DNA from: an uncultured virus (IMG/VR IMGVR_UViG_3300009104_000011)
Taxonomy: Duplodnaviria > Heunggongvirae > Uroviricota > Caudoviricetes
Virus record (IMG/VR): IMGVR_UViG_3300009104_000011
Reading direction: 5' to 3' (one strand)
Length of the DNA stretch: 64,000 nt
In this document: positions 48,590 to 58,579 of the stretch, one piece after another
Layout: each line of letters starts with the position of its first letter
Position numbering within the stretch: the first letter of the stretch is position 1
Made by a program: the position numbers and the translations under genes
The notes under the pieces: model-generated
Seen by the model: only the letters and a program-made list of their open reading frames with translations
What the model was told of the DNA's origin: nothing
The model's database searches: none

Positions 48590-49240
48590 ATGTCCGATAA
48601 ATTGAGTTGGCAAGAGTTTCGTTCTATCCATACTGGAATTAAGAAGGAAATCAAGTCCATAATGTGGAATTCCTACAAAGAACAAGATGCAGAAAGATAC
48701 CTAGAGGCTGTTAAAACGGCAGGGATAGAAACACCCGAAGAAGTCAAAGCGTATTTGAAGATAACAGATACCGATGGTGACGGCGATGTTGATATCGAAG
48801 ATGTAGAACGATCAGATGATACGTTAATGTACGTAGAGTATTCAAAGACAATGCAACAATTACATAGATTTCCACACGCATACACAATCGTTCAGAAGAG
48901 AGAAATGGAAGAGCGGCTTCGTGAAATAGCAGAAAAGACCAGACCAAGTAATTACAAATGCTCCCCTACAGACGGTTGGCAGATATGGTTCGGGCCTACT
49001 CAACAATGCTTACTAATTAACACAAGTAAGAATCTTGCTTTCACCTGTTCACGTGGTTGGTGGAAGCGAAGATATCTCACTGCACAGTATGTAGATAGAC
49101 AATTGGTGAATGCTGAGGATCAAATTGCTAGGCTGCGTGCGCAGTACGAGATTAGGAAGAAATTGGTGAAAAGACCACCACTACCTGATATAGAGATAAT
49201 GCTACCAACTACCGCTTCGGAATATCAGATGCGTGAGTGA
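48590..49240 (+). CDS. Hypothetical protein with DxDxDG Ca-binding-like loop
   Basis: DTDGDGDVDIED. Confidence 0.7.
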   Translation: MSDKLSWQEFRSIHTGIKKEIKSIMWNSYKEQDAERYLEAVKTAGIETPEEVKAYLKITDTDGDGDVDIEDVERSDDTLMYVEYSKTMQQLHRFPHAYTIVQKREMEERLREIAEKTRPSNYKCSPTDGWQIWFGPTQQCLLINTSKNLAFTCSRGWWKRRYLTAQYVDRQLVNAEDQIARLRAQYEIRKKLVKRPPLPDIEIMLPTTASEYQMRE

Positions 49241-49700
49241 TACTGTGGCAGATGTTATTTCGGAAGTTGCCGCACTTAAAGCGCAAGTCGCTGCACTAAT
49301 GGGAACAAATAGTGAGTTGTCGCAAGAAGTATCTTCTATTTGGGTAGTTTATGATCCATCCAAAATATCTGTATGGTGTAGTAAGACAGACTGTCCACTA
49401 TTAGGAAGAGAAGTAACATACGATGTTTTGAAAGAAGAAGAGCAAGAAGATGGAGAGTTAGAATCAATCATCACGACCGGTGTTTCAGAAGAAGAATCTG
49501 AAAGCGGAGATTATGATGCAAGAATAAAGAGAGTAAGTTCTCCGAAGATAAAACATCACGATCTTGGCGTGATTGCAGCATTCACTTCCAAAAAGAAAGC
49601 GACTGACTACATAGAGGAGTACTTTCGGCTGAATAGAGGGAATTTCACAGGTGAGAATGCCCCAGAAATTGGATTATCTGAAATAACCATAACTACCTGA
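49233..49700 (+). CDS. Hypothetical protein
   Basis: 155 aa ORF coupled to upstream gene. Confidence 0.7.
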   Translation: MSDTVADVISEVAALKAQVAALMGTNSELSQEVSSIWVVYDPSKISVWCSKTDCPLLGREVTYDVLKEEEQEDGELESIITTGVSEEESESGDYDARIKRVSSPKIKHHDLGVIAAFTSKKKATDYIEEYFRLNRGNFTGENAPEIGLSEITITT

Positions 49701-49801
49701 AAATGGAATCTTAGATGTTTCCATGGTATACTTTAAGGACCTAACCCCACTCTCCAAAGTTACCCGCGCCGTGATATTGTGGCTCGGTGGAACTGATACT
49801 G

Positions 49802-51721
49802 ATGACTCTTGATAGAACAATACTTAGTGACATAACTGTGCATATGAAATACGCACGCTTTGATGCAGAGAAACAACGCCGAGAGACTTGGGGAGAAATT
49901 GTTGAGCGCAATAAGCAAATGCACATAGATAGGTATAACTTACTATACAATAATAACGAGGAGTTTAGGAATACCCTAGACCTAACATACGATTTGGTAA
50001 AGCAAAAGAAAATACTGCCTAGCATGAGGAGTATGCAGTTTGGTGGTAAAGCAATAAAGGTCGCAAACAACCGAGTTTACAATTGTGCGTTCATGCCGAT
50101 CGATTCTTTCAATTCATTCTCCGAGGCAATGTTCTTGCTATTAGGAGGAACAGGTGTAGGCTACTCAGTTCAGAATACCAATGTGGAGAAACTTCCAGCA
50201 AAACTAGAAATGACCGATACAGAACCGATCAGATACCAGATTGCTGATAGTATTGAGGGCTGGGCTGACGCAGTTAGAGAAGCAGTGATGAGCGTAATGT
50301 ATGGTTACCCAATTGACTTTGACTACACAGCAATTCGACCAAAAGGCAGTATAATCAAAACATCGGGTGGTAAAGCACCCGGCTATGAACCGTTGAAGAT
50401 TTGCATTGATAGAATCCTTGATTTAGTAGACAGAGAAGTCGATGTTGGTTACAAAATGAAACCAATCGTGGCACACGATATCATGTGCCATCTTGCTGAT
50501 GCGGTATTGTCCGGAGGGATTCGGAGAGCAGCCATGATCAGTCTATTCGATAAGCACGATGATGAGATGATTAATGCGAAGAGTGGTTTGTTTTGGGAAA
50601 AGAATCCACAGAGAATGAGAGCAAATAATTCTGTGGTATTGGACAGAGCAGCAGTAACCAAAGAAGATTTTGAAAGAATTTGGGCGGTCGCTAGAGATCA
50701 TAATTCTGGCGAACCCGGATTTTATTTCACCAACGACGTAACATGGGGAACGAATCCTTGTTGTGAAATTGCTCTTAGACCTTTCCAATTCTGTAATCTA
50801 TCAGAGGTAAATGTGAGTGACATTACTGATGAAGTAGATTTAGTCGAAAGGGTTTCTGCCGCAACGTTCCTAGGAACGCTACAAGCAGGTTATACAGACT
50901 TCCACTACCTTAGACCAATATGGAAAGAGACCACAGAAAAAGATTCACTAGTTGGTGTCAGTATGACAGGTATTGCTTCGGGCAAAATTCTAGACTATAA
51001 TCTAAGTAAACTAGCAGAAATAGTAAAGAGTGTTAATACTGTAACAGCCGACCTAATTGGAATTAACAAAGCAGCAAGAACAACCTGTGTTAAACCAGCA
51101 GGAACAACAAGCCTCACACTTGGAACCTCATCGGGCATCCACGCTTGGCATAATGACTATTACATCCGGCGCATACGTGTGAAGAAGAATGAACCGATTT
51201 ACACATACCTTAACAACAATCACCCAACATTAGTTGAGGACGATGTAATGGATAAAGAAAACGGGGCGGTTATCTCTATACCACAACGGGCACCACCTGG
51301 TTCTATATTGAGGACAGAGCCTGCAGTAGATCTACTGCGTAGAGTAAGAAGGTTTAGTAATGAATGGATTAAGAACGGTCACAATAACGGTCACAATACA
51401 CATAATGTTTCCGCTACAGTATCAGTTAAGGATAGTGAGTGGAACTCTGTTAAGGAATGGATGTGGAGAAACAGGGATGTGTATAATGGAATAACAATAC
51501 TACCTTATAGTGGTGGCAGTTATCAACAAGCACCATTTGAAGACTGTGATGAAATAACGTACAATAAAATGCTATCCAATCTTACAGAAGTCGATTTAAC
51601 GCAAGTTTTTGAAACAGAAGACATGACACACTTAGAAGGAGAAGCCGCTTGTGCTGGTGGAATGTGTGAAATAGATTTCGTCTATGATGAAGACTTAGAC
51701 TTTGAAAATTGGGAAGACTGA
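49802..51721 (+). CDS. nrdJ: Class II (B12-dependent) ribonucleotide reductase
   Basis: YNCAF, GGIRRAAMI, TNPCCEI, FCNLSE, TCVKPAGT, C-terminal ACAGGMCE; no small subunit nearby. Confidence 0.9.
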   Translation: MTLDRTILSDITVHMKYARFDAEKQRRETWGEIVERNKQMHIDRYNLLYNNNEEFRNTLDLTYDLVKQKKILPSMRSMQFGGKAIKVANNRVYNCAFMPIDSFNSFSEAMFLLLGGTGVGYSVQNTNVEKLPAKLEMTDTEPIRYQIADSIEGWADAVREAVMSVMYGYPIDFDYTAIRPKGSIIKTSGGKAPGYEPLKICIDRILDLVDREVDVGYKMKPIVAHDIMCHLADAVLSGGIRRAAMISLFDKHDDEMINAKSGLFWEKNPQRMRANNSVVLDRAAVTKEDFERIWAVARDHNSGEPGFYFTNDVTWGTNPCCEIALRPFQFCNLSEVNVSDITDEVDLVERVSAATFLGTLQAGYTDFHYLRPIWKETTEKDSLVGVSMTGIASGKILDYNLSKLAEIVKSVNTVTADLIGINKAARTTCVKPAGTTSLTLGTSSGIHAWHNDYYIRRIRVKKNEPIYTYLNNNHPTLVEDDVMDKENGAVISIPQRAPPGSILRTEPAVDLLRRVRRFSNEWIKNGHNNGHNTHNVSATVSVKDSEWNSVKEWMWRNRDVYNGITILPYSGGSYQQAPFEDCDEITYNKMLSNLTEVDLTQVFETEDMTHLEGEAACAGGMCEIDFVYDEDLDFENWED

Positions 51722-51875
51722 TAAACAAACCCCTAACTGACTTGGTTAATGGGATGCAAATACTGCGATCAGTACCCGAACGCAAGGACCAAAGATGTTA
51801 ATGGTCAGAGAGCAGTCAGTCCAAAAAGATCAAAACTCAGAGATTTAGTTTTGTCGCAGTGCACTTGTGGTGACT

Positions 51876-52496
51876 TCAAAACTCCAGATCCTCCGAAGAA
51901 AGTCCACTGAAATCGAATTCCTCATCGTCTTCATATTCGTAGACTTTTTCAAACTCACCAGCACGTTGTACAGAATTAGTCATCCGCTTCATACCAATTT
52001 TATGAAGATCAACAGAGAGGTAATTACGAATTGCGCGACTCATATAGGGGTCTAATCCCATAAGATACAACCTCATAACCTCCAAAGACATTCTAACAAT
52101 GGCTGTAGTGTTCCATGGTCTTGACTTCGGATTACCACTAAATGCCTCCTCTGGGTCAAATGGGAGGTTGTATCTCCCTGTTCTGAAAAAGATTTCACGG
52201 ACCGAGAGAGGTAGGTATCTGAAAGACCCCAACTTGTGCATCGCTTGAATATCAGCGATGGTATCCAGCATCTCATGATCGATACCAATGCCCACTCTTT
52301 CTCCTTCAAGATGCGCGGTCCTCTCCCGAATCCATAATTTCTTGGGCGAATTAACAATCTTGCTTCCCATCAAAACATCTTTTAGTTGCATTTCTCTTTC
52401 TAATCTTCTTTTGCTTTCTGCAGGCCATGTATCTGGGTCAAAAGGATCAATGACGTTCTTAGCACCTTTCGGCCTACCACTCCCTTTTCCACCCAT
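51876..52496 (-). CDS. Hypothetical protein with N-terminal AT-hook
   Basis: MGGKGSGRPKG. Confidence 0.65.
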   Translation of the reverse strand: MGGKGSGRPKGAKNVIDPFDPDTWPAESKRRLEREMQLKDVLMGSKIVNSPKKLWIRERTAHLEGERVGIGIDHEMLDTIADIQAMHKLGSFRYLPLSVREIFFRTGRYNLPFDPEEAFSGNPKSRPWNTTAIVRMSLEVMRLYLMGLDPYMSRAIRNYLSVDLHKIGMKRMTNSVQRAGEFEKVYEYEDDEEFDFSGLSSEDLEF

Positions 52497-52613
52497 AATT
52501 ACACCAACGACTTGCACTTACACAAATAACTTCCCGTAAATAGGGTATTTTGATTGAACAGTAAAATATAAACAGCCGCATTCCTTATTACTGTTCGCAA
52601 CTGATTAACGGTT

Positions 52614-52991
52614 ATGCAACAGAAGGCAAACGAGGTTGTCTTGCTAGTGAACGGTGAGGTTGTTGCCTACACCGATGTAAAGATAATCGAAACAGAAGAC
52701 GGTCTTTACGTGAGGGACAGTTTCAAACGCGGTACAAGCGAAGAAGGTGAAGACATAATTCAGAAGCGACTCACCTATTACGGTAGGAAAGACTTGCTTA
52801 AGATAGTGTGGAGCGAAGATTCGCTTGTCGAAGCGGTCGAGGAAGTAGTTCTCTCTGAACTAATACAGGACAAGTTTGAGCATCTTATGGACATTTACGA
52901 TGAAGAAGAGGACGAAGAAATCATTGGGACACCGAAAAAGGACCGAAGAGACGATCCAAAATTCAATCCGTACAATAAGAAGGAGGACTAA
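52614..52991 (+). CDS. Hypothetical acidic protein
   Basis: ORF. Confidence 0.7.
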   Translation: MQQKANEVVLLVNGEVVAYTDVKIIETEDGLYVRDSFKRGTSEEGEDIIQKRLTYYGRKDLLKIVWSEDSLVEAVEEVVLSELIQDKFEHLMDIYDEEEDEEIIGTPKKDRRDDPKFNPYNKKED

Positions 52992-52993
52992 TT

Positions 52994-53509
52994 ATGGGAG
53001 ACCCAGTAGAAGACGCTTATGAAAAGTCTAAAAAAGAAACGGCAAATTACGTTGAGGTTGATACCGATATAGTAGATGCCAGACTAATTTCCGAACTAAA
53101 AGTCCTAAAAGACGAAGTAAATACAGTTTATTCAAAACTAATAGCAAACCCGTACATGGCACCTGATTTGGTAGAAGATGCTAGAAGTACACTGGTAAGA
53201 ACTGCCGCAGTTCTTATGGAATATGGTATTCCATTACAACACGAAGGTAAGAGGAAAACCCCCGACGATATCATACGCGAGTCAATTGCGCAGTTAGCAG
53301 GCATACTTGGAGCAAAGGGTGCCGGAGCGGCACTAAGAGCAAAAAGAAGTTTCCAAGATGCTTGGGAAGATCTTACTGCAAGTGAGGATTTCCAGATTTA
53401 TGAGGATGTAGATGAGGATGGTAACCCGAATGGAGAGTACTATTTCATAGACCCCGAAACAGGTGAAGAATACAGTTGTGACAGACTTGGCAACGAGTTG
53501 GAGGATTAA
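52994..53509 (+). CDS. Hypothetical protein
   Basis: GGAGG SD; ORF. Confidence 0.75.
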   Translation: MGDPVEDAYEKSKKETANYVEVDTDIVDARLISELKVLKDEVNTVYSKLIANPYMAPDLVEDARSTLVRTAAVLMEYGIPLQHEGKRKTPDDIIRESIAQLAGILGAKGAGAALRAKRSFQDAWEDLTASEDFQIYEDVDEDGNPNGEYYFIDPETGEEYSCDRLGNELED

Positions 53510-53511
53510 AC

Positions 53512-55107
53512 ATGGTAATAGAAGAAGACGGATACGGTTGGACCGACGAAGAAGAAGATTATGGAGAAGTGGCTGCACCAGCAGAACCAAAGTGGAGGAC
53601 ACTTTCACCAAACGAAAGAAAGGAACTAATGGCTAATGTTTTCTCTGATCCTAATTGGTATGAAGGTATGCCAGTTTTTGAGGGCGGAGATTCCAATCCT
53701 ATGTTTGAGGTAATTGCGGAAAAAGCAGAAGCACCACTTAGAGAGGTGAGAAGATACTATGCTGCGTGGTTAAAGCGACAAGGATTTAGCCCAACTAATG
53801 TGATGAAACCAAAAGACGAAACAATGGGACTGGGCGAAAGTTCTGTTGCAGCAACAACACCATCGTATGTATCATCACCATTGACTTCAAACCCACCAGA
53901 GATTTCATCTGGTCCTATGATGCCTGCACCACCTGAGAGTGCTAACTCGGAAGCAGCGTCAATGTGGGCAATGATGAATTTCTTAACTGCTCAGCAACAA
54001 ATGGCTATGCAGAACCAACAGTTCCAAATGCAAATAGCAATGGAACAAAGAAGATTAGACCAGCAGCGTGAGTCAGAACTACGAAGAGAATCAGTTGCAC
54101 GAGATCAACAATTTATGAATCAACAAATGGCTTTCATGCGAGACATGACTAAGAAGTCGGGTGACGATGGGTTCTTTGACTCAGAAATGAAGGGCATCTT
54201 CAAGGAGCGCATGGTTGACAGTATGTTTGGAGAGAAGGACGAAGGTTGGAGAGAGTCAATTAAGGATGTTCTAGGTAGTGACACAATGAAAGCCGCAGTT
54301 GGTGGACTGGGTGGAGCATTGGCCGGTGCAACAAGAAAGAATGTACCAGCAGGTTATGACCAACCAGATTACAATCCCTATGCACAGGCAGCGATGGTAG
54401 AACAACCGCCACAGGAAATACCGCAGCAAGTAATACAGCAAGTACCACCGGGGGTTCCAGTGACAACACCGCAACCACAACCTCCTACTAACTTAGATGG
54501 TGTGTTTTTTGAAGACGCCAATCAAAGTACAGAGGTAATAACGCCACCAGAGCCCGTACAACAAACTCAACCGCAACCACAAGAAATTACACAATTAACC
54601 GAGGACGAGTACAAGAAGATACTCTTTGGAGCATTTGTGGAAGCAATGGGACCAGTCGCTAACGACCAACAGGTCCTTGCCGCACTACAAGAGCAAATTG
54701 ATGTGGCGGTTTCTACAACATTAATTGAGATACCCGAAGCACTAGCACAAGTTCAACTACAGCGAATGAATGAGAAACTATTACTCATAAGAAATCTCAG
54801 AGATATCGGTATGGGTATGATGGACCTACGAGAGAGAACAACACTGGGAGAAGCACCGTCAGACATGATTGTTGCAGCCGGAGTGTCAGAATTGAGGAGC
54901 AATCCAGAGTTTTACAAAATATTCGCAGACAATACTTACGATGAGTTAATGGCCAAGATTGAGCCCTTCAAGACTACTGGCGCAGTAGAACAAGACTACC
55001 TATATCTACAGAAGCCGGAGGTTCAAGAAGTGTGTAGGTATTTGTTACAAGCAGTCAAAAATGATGCCCTACAGAATGGTATACCAGAAATGCCAACTCT
55101 AGCATAG
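53512..55107 (+). CDS. Hypothetical Q/P/M-rich coiled-coil protein
   Basis: 531 aa ORF, GGAGG SD. Confidence 0.8.
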   Translation: MVIEEDGYGWTDEEEDYGEVAAPAEPKWRTLSPNERKELMANVFSDPNWYEGMPVFEGGDSNPMFEVIAEKAEAPLREVRRYYAAWLKRQGFSPTNVMKPKDETMGLGESSVAATTPSYVSSPLTSNPPEISSGPMMPAPPESANSEAASMWAMMNFLTAQQQMAMQNQQFQMQIAMEQRRLDQQRESELRRESVARDQQFMNQQMAFMRDMTKKSGDDGFFDSEMKGIFKERMVDSMFGEKDEGWRESIKDVLGSDTMKAAVGGLGGALAGATRKNVPAGYDQPDYNPYAQAAMVEQPPQEIPQQVIQQVPPGVPVTTPQPQPPTNLDGVFFEDANQSTEVITPPEPVQQTQPQPQEITQLTEDEYKKILFGAFVEAMGPVANDQQVLAALQEQIDVAVSTTLIEIPEALAQVQLQRMNEKLLLIRNLRDIGMGMMDLRERTTLGEAPSDMIVAAGVSELRSNPEFYKIFADNTYDELMAKIEPFKTTGAVEQDYLYLQKPEVQEVCRYLLQAVKNDALQNGIPEMPTLA

Positions 55108-55118
55108 GGGTGATTTAG

Positions 55119-55850
55119 TTGATGTTTGAAGACGACGGACCTGTGACTAGATATAAGAATGATAGAATAGTTATTCCTATATGGGGATTCTTACTAATAT
55201 TCTTCGGCCCAGCCGTAGTTACTGTTACCTATCTATATCACTATTCGACAATGGAATACACAGCATCTGCGATAATAGCATTGGCTGTAATGAATGGTTC
55301 GATAAACACAGTAATTGCGTGGCTAACTATTCGTCTTGACGGACATTCTAATGACGCACTAGAACACCTTGATACGATTATGGTCGCAATGGAAGAACTA
55401 GACGAAACAATGATCGAAGCAAACGAGATGGTTGAGAGTTTCACAACGGATTTGGACAGTGCTAAAGCACTATTCGATAAGGTTGGCGTGGACTTAGGAG
55501 CATTAGATTTGGAGCCAGTTGCTGAGGTTGTCGAGAAGTTGAAAGACAACAAGGATGAACTAAACGAGATCCTAAATCACATGAAAGAGGTCGATGTAAA
55601 GCACTATATTGACCAAGCAAAGAGGATTGATTGGCAGTCATTGTTAGATTCTGTTGAGGAAATAATGGGCTTTATTCAATCTAAATCTGGCCCGATTCAA
55701 GTACCAAAACCATCTGTCTCCAATGTTGTTTTACCGAATGTCGGTGGTTCGGTGTTTGATGAAGAAGAGGATGGCGATTTCTTTTCTGACAGCCTACAAC
55801 TATCTCCACCAACAAGGGGACTGAGCCTTACGCCACCAAAGCGGCCCTAA
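55119..55850 (+). CDS. Membrane protein with coiled coil
   Basis: Two N-terminal hydrophobic helices; GGTGA SD. Confidence 0.75.
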   Translation: MMFEDDGPVTRYKNDRIVIPIWGFLLIFFGPAVVTVTYLYHYSTMEYTASAIIALAVMNGSINTVIAWLTIRLDGHSNDALEHLDTIMVAMEELDETMIEANEMVESFTTDLDSAKALFDKVGVDLGALDLEPVAEVVEKLKDNKDELNEILNHMKEVDVKHYIDQAKRIDWQSLLDSVEEIMGFIQSKSGPIQVPKPSVSNVVLPNVGGSVFDEEEDGDFFSDSLQLSPPTRGLSLTPPKRP

Positions 55851-56284
55851 CTAAGTTCTTCTAGTTCCTTGAAACGAATTTTGGTGAAAGGTGCCTCGCC
55901 TTGAGCGCACTGAATCTTTTCTGCTGACACTTTCACAATTTGATTATCGTCCAAAAAGGCCACTCCGGAACAACCATCCTTGACTAATTTGATCAAGTTA
56001 TCAAGATCTGGCTTTTTCACGCGCCAAATACGCGGGCGAGGGGTTCGCTTTCGCTCTTGGCTCTTTGGTAACTTTATACCAAACTGAATTTGCAGCATAA
56101 TTGGACCACTCAGGATATCAATATCTTGTTCCTTCATTGCTTGAGAAACGAAAAACCTAACAGACTGCTTTCCGTCTTTGCTTTTTTTGGGATCGTATGC
56201 ACGAGGAAACCCACCATGAGAACTAAATCTTGGTCTCCCTTGAGCAACCGGCTCGCCGGGTATGACGACAGTAATCTCCTTCAT
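55847..56284 (-). CDS. rusA: RusA family Holliday junction resolvase
   Basis: PGEPVAQGRPR, KKPDLDNLIK, FLDDNQIV; the + strand reads ...gtaatctccttcat at 56284, so the gene is on the minus strand despite the track label. Confidence 0.9.
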   Translation of the reverse strand: MKEITVVIPGEPVAQGRPRFSSHGGFPRAYDPKKSKDGKQSVRFFVSQAMKEQDIDILSGPIMLQIQFGIKLPKSQERKRTPRPRIWRVKKPDLDNLIKLVKDGCSGVAFLDDNQIVKVSAEKIQCAQGEAPFTKIRFKELEELS

Positions 56285-56357
56285 CGAATTGAAACCACAA
56301 TTACTGAGTAATGAAGATTGTGAAAGGCGTTAAAGTCAAGCACCCTGTCCGAAGACC

Positions 56358-57056
56358 ATGGAAGAGGGCCAAGTCCTTCACATAAAGTACAAAGACCACG
56401 TTCCTATTCAGAAGCGATTTGAGAGCATCGTTCGCATAATCGTAGACATGATTGAGGATGGGATGCGCGATCAAGTAGTTAGGCAAAAAGCAATATCTAT
56501 TGTAAATGCTGCCGGAGTTCGTGGTCACGACGAAGTTGGTGAAATACGCGCTATCACAAAGTGGGTACAGACACACATGGTTTATCGCAAAGAACCTGTA
56601 GGTGTAGAATATTTTCACACAGCCCGAAGGCTACTACGTGATATTGATAATGGCTCTTCCGCAGGGGATTGTGACGACTTTGTTATTCTCGGTGGATCGC
56701 TACTTGGTTCACTAGGTTATCCAGTAGGCGCACTAATCGTAGACTCGTCAGGTGATGGAACTTTCAATCACGTTATGTTAGTGACAAAAACTTTCACTGC
56801 AACAAGAGAGTTTGGAGATAATTGGATACCTGTCGAGTTAATCTATCCAGAATTTGAATTAGGACAAAGTGTACCGGTTTCAAAGGTCTATCCGCTAATG
56901 GCCGATGCAAAATCAATACGCTCACCTGTAACACATAAGACAATAAGTGGTTTAGGTAACGTACAAGTTACTAATTCCTTGAAGCCCGGTGTTAGAAGTA
57001 ATCGTTTTAGAGAAATGTTATCGAAACACCCTTTGGCAAAATTATTTAGAAGGTGA
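56358..57056 (+). CDS. Transglutaminase-like cysteine protease, candidate virion maturation protease
   Basis: GDCDDF catalytic Cys, FNHV His, WIPVE acid. Confidence 0.75.
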   Translation: MEEGQVLHIKYKDHVPIQKRFESIVRIIVDMIEDGMRDQVVRQKAISIVNAAGVRGHDEVGEIRAITKWVQTHMVYRKEPVGVEYFHTARRLLRDIDNGSSAGDCDDFVILGGSLLGSLGYPVGALIVDSSGDGTFNHVMLVTKTFTATREFGDNWIPVELIYPEFELGQSVPVSKVYPLMADAKSIRSPVTHKTISGLGNVQVTNSLKPGVRSNRFREMLSKHPLAKLFRR

Positions 57057-57060
57057 TTAG

Positions 57061-57219
57061 ATGCAGATTCCTAAGAATGACTCAGCCTATCGACTATTAC
57101 AGGCACCAACTTATTCTCGCGTGGGTTCCGTCTCTGTTTTAGATAGTGGATTTTGGGGAACTCTCATAAGTATAGCCGCCGTCGGACTCTTGACGGTGAC
57201 ACTCTTTAACCGACTTTGA
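57061..57219 (+). CDS. Small membrane protein (52 aa)
   Basis: GGTGA SD; C-terminal hydrophobic helix. Confidence 0.6.
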   Translation: MQIPKNDSAYRLLQAPTYSRVGSVSVLDSGFWGTLISIAAVGLLTVTLFNRL

Positions 57220-57228
57220 ATGAGATGA

Positions 57229-57672
57229 TTGACAATGCCAGCAATGAATATATCGCTACAACGCAGAATTGGAAGGCTACCTAAAAGCCCAGATTACTTG
57301 GACAATGTACCGCCTTCAATTTTTGAATACAACCACCGTGGATTCGGAATGAGAACGCCTACACCAACTTACAAAGGATTCTTCGGAATCGGTAAGCACA
57401 AGCAGGGTCATGCGGGTAACGAAAATGGGGATGGTATGTTGAGTGCAATTTATGGAAACGACGGAACTCGTTCTCTTCCAGCACCGGGAATCTACGGCAT
57501 TGGTAGCGCTCCCGGCGAAGAAACAGTTATGCCTGCAGCGACAGAGTACAAGCCGACTCATTGGAATACCCCTGGCCTCTTTGGAATTCAGGACACAATA
57601 ACTCAGAACTGGAAGCCGCTTGCGGCAGTATTGGTAATAGGATACGTCGCTAAGCAGAAGAAGTGGATCTGA
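57229..57672 (+). CDS. Putative virion membrane protein
   Basis: C-terminal TM plus basic tail; FFGIG/IYGIG motifs. Confidence 0.65.
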   Translation: MTMPAMNISLQRRIGRLPKSPDYLDNVPPSIFEYNHRGFGMRTPTPTYKGFFGIGKHKQGHAGNENGDGMLSAIYGNDGTRSLPAPGIYGIGSAPGEETVMPAATEYKPTHWNTPGLFGIQDTITQNWKPLAAVLVIGYVAKQKKWI

Positions 57673-57684
57673 GTAGTTGATGGT

Positions 57685-58575
57685 ATGCCAAGAAAGCGAT
57701 CTTTTCTAGGAGACAATAGGTACCTTGTAGGTGGCCTAGCCCTCGGAGGCTTGTATCTTCTCACAAAAGGCGGTAGCGCTCTAGGTCCTGCTGCCGAGGC
57801 AATCAGCAGAAGGGCTAATCCAGATGATGAATCAGCAGCCGCGGGTGTGACTCCCGGACTATTTTATTACATCAGCGAAGCAACAGAGTGGAATGATTAC
57901 CAAATCATGAAGCCAGCAATTTCGCCTGACACACCAGAAATCATAATTCCTTACACCCAAAATGATGCAGTAATTCATCTAATGGCTCGCGGTATGCCGG
58001 AAAACGTATCTCAGTCAGAAGCACGAAAGATAATTGCAAGAGGATATCCTAGTATAGTACATAGACTAGAGGGAATATACAATAGAAGTAATATGACTGT
58101 AGGAGATAGAAAGGAAGTATATGCTCACTTAACACCTCTATACAATGTAATGGGAACACCAAATGGACAGAGAGTCCCTGCTCCCGGAGCAACTGTTGCA
58201 ACAACCACACCTACAGCAGAGTCTGTTCAAGGTATGGCAGTTAGAAGAAACGTTGCTGGAAACTACAGTCCCGGATCAAATCTAATGGGACACCAGACAA
58301 CAAATCGTGCCGGAAATAGAAGACTGCGTGCAATTAGCGGAATGAAGTCATGGACTAAAGATCACACACGTCAGGTCTACGACCAAAGAAGAAATATTTC
58401 TGCAACAAGAGAAATGACACTCAGAAATATGAAAGCGGGTATGGATATTGATCTTTACAAACCCGTAGAAACACTTGAGATTTTCAGTGAAGCACCACAG
58501 CGCAACACGCATGAAGTAGACAATGTCGGTAACGCACTCGTTAAAACGAGGGACTCCATGCGAAGGATGCTGTGA
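57685..58575 (+). CDS. Putative virion protein, N-terminal TM
   Basis: YLVGGLALGGLYLL. Confidence 0.7.
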   Translation: MPRKRSFLGDNRYLVGGLALGGLYLLTKGGSALGPAAEAISRRANPDDESAAAGVTPGLFYYISEATEWNDYQIMKPAISPDTPEIIIPYTQNDAVIHLMARGMPENVSQSEARKIIARGYPSIVHRLEGIYNRSNMTVGDRKEVYAHLTPLYNVMGTPNGQRVPAPGATVATTTPTAESVQGMAVRRNVAGNYSPGSNLMGHQTTNRAGNRRLRAISGMKSWTKDHTRQVYDQRRNISATREMTLRNMKAGMDIDLYKPVETLEIFSEAPQRNTHEVDNVGNALVKTRDSMRRML

Positions 58576-58579
58576 TTGA

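Noticed and set aside
55847..56284. RusA on the + strand as labelled in the ORF track
   Set aside because: The coding sequence is the reverse complement; the gene is on the minus strand
57052..57063. ATTAG-ATG junction in the right half
   Set aside because: No upstream hairpin; explained by a GGTGA SD overlapping a stop codon
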